64,000 bases of DNA, taken from IMG/VR virus record IMGVR_UViG_3300009163_000019. One strand, written 5' to 3'. The stretch is from a virus. Below, piece after piece: positions 9,258-17,832 of this stretch; within the stretch, counting starts at the first letter, position 1; each line of letters begins with the position of its first letter. Both the position numbers and the translations under genes were made by a program. Below the pieces are notes generated by a model. That model did no database searches. It saw only the letters and a list, made by a program, of their open reading frames with translations, and was not told the DNA's origin.

Positions 9258-9944
9258 ATGAACCAACAATTAAGTATAATTATTCCATGTAAAAATGAAG
9301 GCAAAGGAATAATTGAAGTACTTAAGTTAATTTTATCTCAAATTGATTGTAGAATAATAGTAGTGGACTCCTCAACTGAGGAGTCTTCTATTTTATTATT
9401 AACAGAATATCAATCAATACATAAAAATATAGAAATAATTAAAGGCGGTTTACCTGCTATTGCTCGAAATAATGGAGCTAAATTAGTAACAACTCCATAT
9501 ATTCTATTTTTAGATGCGGATATATATCCATATGAGAATGCAATTAAAAATTGTATTAGAACTGCTGTTAAAGGTAAGTATGATTTAGTTACTTGTAAAT
9601 TTACCACTGATAAAAAATATAACTGGGTTTATAGAATTTTTGATATATTTCAATGGTATAGTTCAAAAACAAAACCTTTTGCTTTAGGTGGCTTTATGCT
9701 ATTTAAAACAGAAACATTTAATAAATTAAAAGGATTTAATGAAGAAGATAAAATTGCCGAGGATTACCATCTCAGTTCCAAAATTAAACCTAATCGTTTT
9801 AAAATCACAAACGATTTCGTTTATACTTCAAGTAGAAGATTTGATAAAAAAGGTATATGGTATATGATTAAATTAGCATGGAAATCCTGGCTAAATAGAA
9901 ATAATGATGAATTTTTTAAAAAAGATTTTAATTACTGGAAATGA
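9258..9944 (+). CDS. GT2 glycosyltransferase
   Basis: SIIIPCKNE, ARNNGA, FLDAD, EDY, TSSRRF. Confidence 0.9.
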   Translation: MNQQLSIIIPCKNEGKGIIEVLKLILSQIDCRIIVVDSSTEESSILLLTEYQSIHKNIEIIKGGLPAIARNNGAKLVTTPYILFLDADIYPYENAIKNCIRTAVKGKYDLVTCKFTTDKKYNWVYRIFDIFQWYSSKTKPFALGGFMLFKTETFNKLKGFNEEDKIAEDYHLSSKIKPNRFKITNDFVYTSSRRFDKKGIWYMIKLAWKSWLNRNNDEFFKKDFNYWK

Positions 9945-10687
9945 AAAATTACAAAGCAATAATAGTTTCTGATTTGCATTTAGGTACTAAGGATTCTAAA
10001 GCTGAAGAATTTTTAGAATTTTTAGAAAATCATCCAACAGATCTACTAATTTTAAATGGTGATATAATTGATGGTTGGGCTTTAAATAGAGGAAGTAAGT
10101 GGAAAAAACAACATACTAAAGTATTAGGTAAAATTTTAAAACTATCTAATAAAATACAAGTAATTTGGATAAGAGGTAATCATGACGAATTTATTCAAGA
10201 ATTTATAGGATCTCATTTTGGAGGTATAGAATTTAGAGAAGACTATAAAATTGAATATGCTGAGCATATAGAATATGATAATTGGGAAAAAAAATGTTTT
10301 TATGTTTTCCATGGCGATGTTATTGATGTGTTTATAACAAAGTATACTTGGTTAGCTAAAATTGGTGCTGTTGGATATGATGTAGCATTAACTTTAAATC
10401 GTTGGTATAACAAATATCGTAAATGGCGTAAACTTCCATATCAATCAATATCTAAAAAAATAAAAAATAGCGTTAAAACAGCAACTAGTTACATTAACGA
10501 TTTTGAAGTAACAGCATTAAAAATGGCAGAAAAGAAAGGCTGTGACGGAGTTATTTGTGGCCATATACACCAACCAGAAGACAGAACTATAAATGGTAAA
10601 AGATATTTAAATTCTGGGGATTGGGTAGAAAATATGAGTGCTATATTAATAGATACTTATGGGCGGGTATATTTATATAAAAATTAG
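9941..10687 (+). CDS. PlcP/LpxH-like metallophosphoesterase (UDP-2,3-diacylglucosamine hydrolase family)
   Basis: SDLHLG, GDIIDGW, GNHDE, HGD..D, CGHIH, NSGDWVE. Confidence 0.88.
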   Translation: MKNYKAIIVSDLHLGTKDSKAEEFLEFLENHPTDLLILNGDIIDGWALNRGSKWKKQHTKVLGKILKLSNKIQVIWIRGNHDEFIQEFIGSHFGGIEFREDYKIEYAEHIEYDNWEKKCFYVFHGDVIDVFITKYTWLAKIGAVGYDVALTLNRWYNKYRKWRKLPYQSISKKIKNSVKTATSYINDFEVTALKMAEKKGCDGVICGHIHQPEDRTINGKRYLNSGDWVENMSAILIDTYGRVYLYKN

Positions 10688-10690
10688 TTT

Positions 10691-10810
10691 ATGATTAAAG
10701 TACTAGACACTTTATTTAATTTTAATAGTGGTAAAAAAGTCAACTTCGAACAAGGATTCTTTCTTGGAATAATAACATTCACACTCTTATTATTTCTTTT
10801 TATGGTATAA
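10691..10810 (+). CDS. 39-aa membrane peptide (not in ORF track)
   Basis: MIKVLDTLFNFNSGKKVNFEQGFFLGIITFTLLLFLFMV*; ATATTTAT motif upstream. Confidence 0.45.
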   Translation: MIKVLDTLFNFNSGKKVNFEQGFFLGIITFTLLLFLFMV

Positions 10811-10842
10811 AATAATTTTGTATATTTATACTATATAAAAAA

Positions 10843-10855
10843 GTTCTTTAACTTA
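10843..10855 (+). promoter_or_regulatory. boxA-like motif upstream of tmRNA
   Basis: GTTCTTTAACTTA resembles rrn boxA and ends 1 nt before the tmRNA 5' end. Confidence 0.5.
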
Positions 10856-10856
10856 T

Positions 10857-11252
10857 GGGGATAACCGGTATCGATCTGAATGATGAGATAATACCACATG
10901 CAGGCGTTTGGTAGAGTCGCCTTAGAAAACTGCAAACAATAACTGACGAAATGTCAACAATGACCTTCGAAGACTTAATGTCTTTCGTAGGCGCTGATTA
11001 CGCTCTAGCAGCCTAGTCCGCATCGGGTGGTAGAGAACCTAGGAACAGAACACAACAGCGAGTCATACGCTAAAGAGATGGCATCCGGACGCATATTGCG
11101 AGCCGTAGTTTTCTTGATAGTCATAAAATCAAGTGGTGGAAACGACCATAAAGGTCAGCCCTTACTGATCAAAAGCAATTTAGATCTAAGCATGTGAGAC
11201 GTTGGTGTTATTATCACTTTTAGAGACGTGGGTTCGAATCCCACTATCTCCA
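10857..11252 (+). ncRNA. ssrA: tmRNA
   Basis: GGGGATA/TATCTCC-A acceptor stem with G3.U Ala determinant; GTGGG-TTCGAAT-CCCAC T-arm; tag ORF 10945-11016 DEMSTMTFEDLMSFVGADYALAA* after the ATAACT resume context. Confidence 0.95.
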
Positions 11253-11321
11253 CTTAAAATATATATTTTTATTATCTTAAATTTATTTGTACATTTAATT
11301 AATAATCAAAACAAATAAAAA

Positions 11322-11504
11322 ATGAAAAAATCAGTTTTCGTAATCATTGCAGGAATTTTTTTAATGTCATGTGGTGGATCTTCAAATTCAACGGTAGCTA
11401 CAGATTCTACAGCAGTAGATAGCACGAAAGTAGCAGACAGCGCAGTAGTAGCTACAGATTCTACAGTAGCACAAATTCCAGCAGATAGCACAAATACTAA
11501 GTAA
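11322..11504 (+). CDS. Small Bacteroidota-type lipoprotein
   Basis: FLMSC lipobox; repeated (T/A)DST(A/V)V low-complexity tail. Confidence 0.75.
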   Translation: MKKSVFVIIAGIFLMSCGGSSNSTVATDSTAVDSTKVADSAVVATDSTVAQIPADSTNTK

Positions 11505-11512
11505 TTAGTGGA

Positions 11513-11607
11513 AACACAGAAACCATAATATAGCGTTAAAATAAGGAGGCGTGGTTGCCGAGTCGCAAGCTATGCGAGCGTATGAGGTTCGATTCCTCTC
11601 TGTGTTC
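11513..11607 (+). ncRNA. tRNA-like RNA (8-bp acceptor stem, 4-bp T-stem, non-canonical arms)
   Basis: AACACAGA/TCTGTGTT; GAGG-TTCGATT-CCTC; internal stems AACCA/TGGTT and TCGCA/TGCGA. Confidence 0.6.
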
Positions 11608-11625
11608 AAAATAAAAAAATAAATT

Positions 11626-11856
11626 ATGATTTGGTACATTTATATTATTAGTATTACATATTGTATTTGGAAAATGTCAAAAGGCTATAAAAGAACTTTT
11701 GGCGAAGGGAATCCTATAGGGCCAACCCCAGGACTAGAAACACTTTTTATAATTCCTTTTGCTCCAGTTTTAGCAGTCCTTGATATTAGTTTAACTTGGA
11801 TTCGTAGATTTCATGAAGTAGAAGAATATAAAATAAGAAACAATAAGATATTTTAA
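11626..11856 (+). CDS. Small membrane protein
   Basis: Two hydrophobic segments. Confidence 0.55.
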   Translation: MIWYIYIISITYCIWKMSKGYKRTFGEGNPIGPTPGLETLFIIPFAPVLAVLDISLTWIRRFHEVEEYKIRNNKIF

Positions 11857-11859
11857 TAT

Positions 11860-12014
11860 TGTCGGGTGGTGAAAAGCGTACGCACGGTAGACACACCCTC
11901 TCGTCTCGAGGGCGCTGAATTTGAAATAGGTAATTGGATATGGGTTGACCACAAAGCCGGCTATTTTGTCCACTACCGAATCACAGCGTGAAGGTTCAAA
12001 TCCTTCCTCGACAG
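11860..12014 (+). tRNA. Atypical tRNA-like RNA with GUC at the anticodon position and a 77-nt variable arm
   Basis: TGTCGGG/CTCGACA acceptor; GTG...GGTAGA-CAC D-arm; CCCTC-TCGTCTC-GAGGG; CGCTG...CAGCG arm; GAAGG-TTCAAAT-CCTTC. Confidence 0.75.
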
Positions 12015-12016
12015 CA

Positions 12017-12337
12017 AGTTATCGTTCTTTGACATATAAGGAGAAATAAAATATGGAAACACTATCATTCGTTTTAGGGATAGCATTCATTGTGGTTATA
12101 GCTTTAGCTATAGTTGCTACTTATGCTTTCGTTAAAGTAATAAAAGTACAAAAAGAAATCAATGATCTAGACAGAAGATTTGCAGACATCTATCAGTGTA
12201 TTGCTGAAGAGAATGCTCAGATTAATCGGAGAGTCGATGATTTTGAAAAAGAGATATTCTCTCAGTTAGATTCAAGATTAGATAAGTTAGAAAATAAATT
12301 AATAATTAAAAAATAAATAAGTTAAAGAACGATAACT
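12017..12337 (+). repeat. 17-bp inverted repeat (boxA-like arm) enclosing ORF 12053-12316
   Basis: AGTTATCGTTCTTTGAC (12017-12033) pairs with GTTAAAGAACGATAACT (12321-12337): 16 WC + 1 G.U. Confidence 0.8.
12053..12316 (+). CDS. N-terminal TM + coiled-coil protein
   Basis: TM helix then heptads; AAGGAG SD upstream. Confidence 0.7.
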   Translation: METLSFVLGIAFIVVIALAIVATYAFVKVIKVQKEINDLDRRFADIYQCIAEENAQINRRVDDFEKEIFSQLDSRLDKLENKLIIKK

Positions 12338-12357
12338 AAATTTTTAAAAATAAGACT

Positions 12358-12606
12358 ATGAATAATCCAATTGAACTTTGTGTAATATGCGGTAAAGAAA
12401 CTCCTTATAGATTCAATGATCATATTGATCTTAGAATAGGATATGTAGAAGGATCAGGACAGGGTTGTTATAATCCATCATTATGTAATAATGAAAGAAG
12501 TAGAAAACTAATTACTATTAGTGAGCAAACTATATATGATACACCTAATGATCAACAATTAGGAGAAATAGTAAGAGCCTTATATTTTAAAAATAAAAAT
12601 AAATAA
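12358..12606 (+). CDS. Small zinc-finger protein
   Basis: CVICGKE...C....C. Confidence 0.55.
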   Translation: MNNPIELCVICGKETPYRFNDHIDLRIGYVEGSGQGCYNPSLCNNERSRKLITISEQTIYDTPNDQQLGEIVRALYFKNKNK

Positions 12607-12607
12607 T

Positions 12608-12841
12608 ATGAATCAGCAAAACATGAAATTAAATATTTCATTAGATAAAACTACTGGAGTATCATGTGATAGTTGTGAAAATACAACTTTTCAAGAAGCA
12701 TTAATTTTAAGAAAAGCTTCTAAGTTTTTAACTGGAACAGAACAAGACGGAATAATTCCTATTCCTACATTTGTTTGTTCTAAATGCGGACATGTTAATG
12801 ATGATTTTTACCCTAAAGAATTAAGTCGTGACCAAAAATAG
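12608..12841 (+). CDS. Zinc-ribbon protein
   Basis: CDSC...CSKCGHVN. Confidence 0.65.
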   Translation: MNQQNMKLNISLDKTTGVSCDSCENTTFQEALILRKASKFLTGTEQDGIIPIPTFVCSKCGHVNDDFYPKELSRDQK

Positions 12842-13094
12842 TGACATGTACGGAAAAATAACCGAGTATACTTCTGAAAATAGTAGAACTATTTTAAAAG
12901 CTGATTCTATTGTTGATTCTATAATAGATCAATTTATTGATAGAGCTAAAATAGGAAAAAGAAAATATGGTACTGATCTAGATAGGGAAGATCTATCTTT
13001 AGAACAGTGGTTAAATCATGCTATAGAAGAACACCTCGATGCTATTTTATATCTTCAGAAAATTAAGACTATTGTAACCGGTAAACAAAAATAA
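12828..13094 (+). CDS. MazG-like all-alpha NTP pyrophosphohydrolase-type protein
   Basis: RAKIGKRKYGTDLDR...WLNHAIEEHLDAILY. Confidence 0.6.
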   Translation: MTKNSDMYGKITEYTSENSRTILKADSIVDSIIDQFIDRAKIGKRKYGTDLDREDLSLEQWLNHAIEEHLDAILYLQKIKTIVTGKQK

Positions 13095-13999
13095 TGCCCA
13101 AACCAAAAATTGATATTAACTGGGCTTATCAAAAAGCAGTTTCTTATTCTCAGTATTCTATATATTCTCAATGTCCATATCAATGGTATCTATCTTATAT
13201 TAAGAAGGAGTCAAGTTTTAAACCTTCTATATATTTGATCTATGGTACTTCAATACACGAAGTAATTCAAGAGTATCTAAAGACTATGTATGAAAAATCT
13301 GGTAAAGCTGCTGACGAATTAGATCTAGATAAACTATTAGAAGATAGATTAGTATTTAATTATAAGGAAAGTCTTGCAGATAATAAAGGAGAGCATTTTA
13401 GTTCTAAAGAAGAATTAAAAGAATTTTTAGCAGACGGCCAAGCCTCTCTTAGTTGGTTTAAAAAAAATAGAGGCAAGTACTTTTCTAAAAAGAATACTGA
13501 GTTATTAGGAATAGAAATTCCTATTTTACAACCTGTTTTAGAAGATATACCAAATGTTTTTATTAATGGATCTATTGACTTTATTATCTATGAAAAGATT
13601 ACAGATACATATACTATTTATGATATAAAAACTTCTACTAAAGGTTGGTCTGATTATGAAAAGAAAGATCAAACTAAAATAAATCAGATTCTACTCTATA
13701 AAAGATTTTATTCTAAAGTTATGAATATCTCTGAGGATAAGGTAGATGTTAAGTTCTTTATTATTAAAAGAAAAGTATTTAATAGCCCAGATTATCCAAC
13801 ATATAGAGTGCAAGAATTTATTCCCGCAAATGGTAAAAAGAAAGTACAAGATGCTGTAGATAGTTTATCTAAGTTTATAAGAGAATGTTTTACCCCAGAA
13901 TCAAAATATAACACAGATAGAGTCTATACCAAAAATATAAATAGTTGTAAATTTTGTCCATATAATGACAAACCTGACTTATGTAATAAAAGTATATAA
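13094..13999 (+). CDS. PD-(D/E)XK exonuclease, Cas4/AddB-like, with Fe-S cysteines
   Basis: SYSQ...CP, GTSIHE, GSID, DIKT, QILLY, CKFC......C. Confidence 0.88.
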   Translation: MPKPKIDINWAYQKAVSYSQYSIYSQCPYQWYLSYIKKESSFKPSIYLIYGTSIHEVIQEYLKTMYEKSGKAADELDLDKLLEDRLVFNYKESLADNKGEHFSSKEELKEFLADGQASLSWFKKNRGKYFSKKNTELLGIEIPILQPVLEDIPNVFINGSIDFIIYEKITDTYTIYDIKTSTKGWSDYEKKDQTKINQILLYKRFYSKVMNISEDKVDVKFFIIKRKVFNSPDYPTYRVQEFIPANGKKKVQDAVDSLSKFIRECFTPESKYNTDRVYTKNINSCKFCPYNDKPDLCNKSI

Positions 14000-14058
14000 A
14001 TATATTTTACTTATTTACGTATTTATTTTGTATTTCCATATATTTATTATAAAACAAT

Positions 14059-14277
14059 ATGATTGCAAAAACAAAGAGAGTTATTACGTCGGTAAAAATA
14101 CCGGAAACTCTATATGATGATTTTAAAATAACATCCATTAAAAGTAAAATGAATCTTCAAGATATTGTTGAAAGATCTATCTTTATGTATCTAACAGATT
14201 CAAAATTTAGACAGACTATTCACGAACAGTACAATACCTACTATACAGGATCAAGTTTAATTGAAGCAATAAAATAA
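14059..14277 (+). CDS. Ribbon-helix-helix-like DNA-binding protein
   Basis: ITSVKIPETLYDDFK...LQDIVERSI pattern. Confidence 0.55.
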   Translation: MIAKTKRVITSVKIPETLYDDFKITSIKSKMNLQDIVERSIFMYLTDSKFRQTIHEQYNTYYTGSSLIEAIK

Positions 14278-14282
14278 GTTAT

Positions 14283-15725
14283 ATGATTAATGGTTATATT
14301 CCTCAAGCACAAAGAAAAAAAATACTTCTTTTGTGCGATGATATTAGAATGACAAGTGGTATTTCTACCATGGCTAGAGAGATAGTAATAGGAACATCTC
14401 ACGTATTTAATTGGGTAAATTTAGGAGGCGCAATAAATCATCCAGATCAAGGAAAGCGTCTAGATATTTCTCAGGATACTAATAAAATTATGGGTCTAAA
14501 TGACACTAGTGTTTTTATATATCCTACTAATGGTTATGGATCTCAAGAATTAATTAGGCAACTAATCAGTTTAGAAAATCCAGATGCTATAATGTTTTTT
14601 ACTGATCCTAGATATTGGATTTGGTTATTTCAAATGGAGAATGAAATTAGAAAAAAAATCCCAATGATTTATTTAAATATATGGGATGATCTACCTGCTC
14701 CATTATATAATAAGCCCTATTATGAATCATGTGATACTTTAATGGCAATATCTAAACAAACCCTAAATATTAATAAAATGGTTTTAGGAGATAAGGCTAA
14801 AGGTAAAATATTAAAGTATATTCCTCATGGAATTAATGAAAATATCTTTTTTCCTATTACAGAATTTAATAAGCCTTATCAAGAAGCTTTAGAAAAAAAG
14901 AAAGAACAAATATTTGGAAATTTTAAACCTGGATTTGTAGCTTTTTATAATGCTAGAAATATTAGACGTAAATGTACATCTGATCTAATTGCAGCATGGG
15001 CTGTATTTTGTGATAGTATAGGAAAAGAAAAAGCTAGTACATGTGCCTTATTATTACATACACAAAGAGTAGACGAAAACGGGACAGACCTAAATTCAGT
15101 AGTTGATCTGCTATGCGATCCTGAATATCAAAAGGTATATTTTTCAGATGCTAGATTAAATGCAGAGGAAGTTAATCTATTATATAATATGTCTGATGTT
15201 ACATGCCTGGTTAGCTCTAATGAAGGCTGGGGATTATCTCTAACAGAATCTATGATGGCTGGAAGAATGATTATTGCAAATGTTACAGGAGGAATGCAAG
15301 ATCAAATGAGATTCGAAGACGAAAATGGAAATTGGATCAACTTCAATGATAAATTCTGTTCTAATCATTTTGGAAAATACAAAAAACATGGCGAGTGGGC
15401 AATTCCAGTATTTCCAACTAATATGAGTATTGTCGGATCTATTCCAACTCCATATATTTTTGATGATCGTTGTGATTTTAGAGACGCGGCAAAAGCTTTA
15501 GAAGAAGTTTATAACACGCCTTTAGAAGAAAGATCTAAAAAAGGTTTATTAGCTAGAGATTGGGTTTTATCAAATGAATCTATGATGAGTGCTAAACATA
15601 TGTGTGATAATGTTATATGGACTATAAATGAAAGTATAACAACATTTAAACCTAGAAAGAAATTTGAATTAATTAAAACAGAAAAATTAGCAAAGAAAAA
15701 AATTGTACACCCTTTAGTTTATTAA
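14283..15725 (+). CDS. GT4 (GT-B) glycosyltransferase
   Basis: IPHGI, NARNIRRK, NEGWGLSLTESM. Confidence 0.9.
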   Translation: MINGYIPQAQRKKILLLCDDIRMTSGISTMAREIVIGTSHVFNWVNLGGAINHPDQGKRLDISQDTNKIMGLNDTSVFIYPTNGYGSQELIRQLISLENPDAIMFFTDPRYWIWLFQMENEIRKKIPMIYLNIWDDLPAPLYNKPYYESCDTLMAISKQTLNINKMVLGDKAKGKILKYIPHGINENIFFPITEFNKPYQEALEKKKEQIFGNFKPGFVAFYNARNIRRKCTSDLIAAWAVFCDSIGKEKASTCALLLHTQRVDENGTDLNSVVDLLCDPEYQKVYFSDARLNAEEVNLLYNMSDVTCLVSSNEGWGLSLTESMMAGRMIIANVTGGMQDQMRFEDENGNWINFNDKFCSNHFGKYKKHGEWAIPVFPTNMSIVGSIPTPYIFDDRCDFRDAAKALEEVYNTPLEERSKKGLLARDWVLSNESMMSAKHMCDNVIWTINESITTFKPRKKFELIKTEKLAKKKIVHPLVY

Positions 15726-15726
15726 T

Positions 15727-17034
15727 ATGAAACAGTTTTGTGTAATATCATGTCCAATAGATACCTATTCAGGTTATGGCGCTAGAAGTAGAGATTTTGT
15801 AAAAGCAATATATGAACTTAAAAAAGATGAATATGAGTTCTGTATCGTTAGTCAAAGATGGGGACAAACTCCATGGGGATATATAAAAGATAACATAGAA
15901 GAGTGGGATTGGGTTTCCCCTTTAATTAGTAAAGATGGGCAACTTAACAGGCAACCTGAAATATGGATACAAATTACTGTTCCTAATGAATTTCAACCAA
16001 TAGCTACTAAATGTAATATTGGAGTTACAGCAGGTATAGAAACAACTCTTTGTGACGCTAGTTGGATTCAAGGTGTTAATAGAATGGATATTACATTAGT
16101 ATCATCTGAACATGCTAAAAAAGTATTTCAACAATCAACATTTGAAAAAAGAGATGATAAAAATAATGTTATAGAAAGAATTAAATTAGAAAAACCTGTA
16201 GAGGTTTTATTTGAGGGATTGGATCTAAATAAATACTTCTATATTCCTGATGAAGAGTTAGAGGAGACGGATTTAGTTTTAGAATTAGATGAAATAAAAG
16301 AAGATTTTTGTTTTCTATTTGTAGGACACTGGATGCAAGGTGAAATTGGAGAAGATAGAAAAAATGTAGGTCTGATGATTAAAACTTTTTTTGAAACTTT
16401 TAAAGACAAGAAAAATAAACCAGGACTAATATTAAAAACTTCTTCTTTTGGATCTAGTATTATGGATAGAGAAGAAATATTAAATAGAATTAATATTGTA
16501 AGATCTACTGTAGATGGAAAACACCTTCCAAATGTATATTTGCTACATGGTGAATTAGATGACAAAGATATAAACGATCTATACAATCATAATAAAGTAA
16601 AAGCCATGATTAATATAACAAAAGGAGAAGGTTTTGGTAGGCCTCTATTAGAATTCACAACTTCAAAGAAACCCATTATAACATCAGGTTGGTCAGGACA
16701 AATTGATTTTTTAAATCCAGAATTTTCATTATTACTTTCTGGAGAATTAAAGCCAGTGCATCCTTCCGCACAAGTACCTAATATGATTTTAGGAGATTCT
16801 CAATGGTTTAGTCCAAATATTTCTGAAGTAACCCACTATTTAAAAGAGGTATTTGAAAAATATGAGAAATTTGAAGAAGGCGCAAAAAGGCAAGCTCAAA
16901 TATCTAAGACTAAATTTAGTTTTGAAGAAATGAAAAAAGTATTACTTACTTATTTAGATAAAATACCTAAAAATATACCTTTAAAACTTCCTCAATTAAA
17001 AAAAATAGAATTACCAAAATTAAGTAAGGCATGA
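15727..17034 (+). CDS. GT4 (GT-B) glycosyltransferase
   Basis: SGYG, FLFVGHW, RKNV, GEGFGRPLLEF. Confidence 0.9.
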   Translation: MKQFCVISCPIDTYSGYGARSRDFVKAIYELKKDEYEFCIVSQRWGQTPWGYIKDNIEEWDWVSPLISKDGQLNRQPEIWIQITVPNEFQPIATKCNIGVTAGIETTLCDASWIQGVNRMDITLVSSEHAKKVFQQSTFEKRDDKNNVIERIKLEKPVEVLFEGLDLNKYFYIPDEELEETDLVLELDEIKEDFCFLFVGHWMQGEIGEDRKNVGLMIKTFFETFKDKKNKPGLILKTSSFGSSIMDREEILNRINIVRSTVDGKHLPNVYLLHGELDDKDINDLYNHNKVKAMINITKGEGFGRPLLEFTTSKKPIITSGWSGQIDFLNPEFSLLLSGELKPVHPSAQVPNMILGDSQWFSPNISEVTHYLKEVFEKYEKFEEGAKRQAQISKTKFSFEEMKKVLLTYLDKIPKNIPLKLPQLKKIELPKLSKA

Positions 17035-17387
17035 CAAGTTCAGAATTTGTTTATTGGGTAAAAGGATACCTAGCAGCTCAGACGGATAGTCAATTTAAAA
17101 TAGATATTGAAAAGGCATTAGATCAAGTAAAAGATTATGATGATAATCCTGATATTTGGGAAACAGAAGACTGGAATGATTGGTATAATAATGAAACACC
17201 ATTAACAGGAACAATATCAGGTTCAGGAACAATAGGATGTACTACTAACGATTCAAGTAGATATACTACCACTGTATGGAATGATAAAATGGGTTGTTGG
17301 CACTATACAAATTATCCTGAAGGATTTGGGTATTACGTAAATAGCACAGCAGAAAATAAAAAAGAAAAACAACAATTAAATGATTGA
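17031..17387 (+). CDS. Hypothetical phage protein
   Basis: MTSSEFVYWVKGY N-terminus. Confidence 0.6.
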   Translation: MTSSEFVYWVKGYLAAQTDSQFKIDIEKALDQVKDYDDNPDIWETEDWNDWYNNETPLTGTISGSGTIGCTTNDSSRYTTTVWNDKMGCWHYTNYPEGFGYYVNSTAENKKEKQQLND

Positions 17388-17823
17388 CAAGTTAATAACA
17401 TGTGATAAATGTAAAGCAGAAGTTTCTTGCTACGCAACTCCGATTAATGAATTTCATAATTCATATACATGTTTAAATTGTGGTTTTCATACCAATGATT
17501 TAATGGTAGAAGGAGAATTTAATTTTGAAGAATATGAAGCAGAACTTCCAGAACTCTATAAAGATATAAAATATAAAGATGAAAAAAATAGAGTGTGGTA
17601 TCCTCAAGTAATTAATGTAGAAGGTAAAGGAACAGTGTTTGTTAACGGAACATCAAAAGATGATTGGAAATGGAGTGGAATTAAAAGTGTGTCATTAACA
17701 CAAGAAGAAAAACAAAGCGGAAGATTCAAAGATAAAGAGTATAAATCAGATTCAAAAACTTTAGAAAATTTTGGAGACAATTATTATGATGCCTGCGACT
17801 ATGTAGGATTTTTTGATATATAA
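17380..17823 (+). CDS. Zinc-ribbon-containing hypothetical protein
   Basis: CDKC...CLNCG. Confidence 0.6.
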   Translation: MIDKLITCDKCKAEVSCYATPINEFHNSYTCLNCGFHTNDLMVEGEFNFEEYEAELPELYKDIKYKDEKNRVWYPQVINVEGKGTVFVNGTSKDDWKWSGIKSVSLTQEEKQSGRFKDKEYKSDSKTLENFGDNYYDACDYVGFFDI

Positions 17824-17832
17824 AATAGAGTT

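Noticed and set aside
11551-11622. ORF starting at the GTG after TAAGGAGG
   Set aside because: Only 1 nt between SD and GTG, and the ORF runs through the T-arm of the tRNA-like RNA
11913-11989. Self-splicing intron in the tRNA
   Set aside because: Too short for group I/II, and located in the variable arm rather than the anticodon loop
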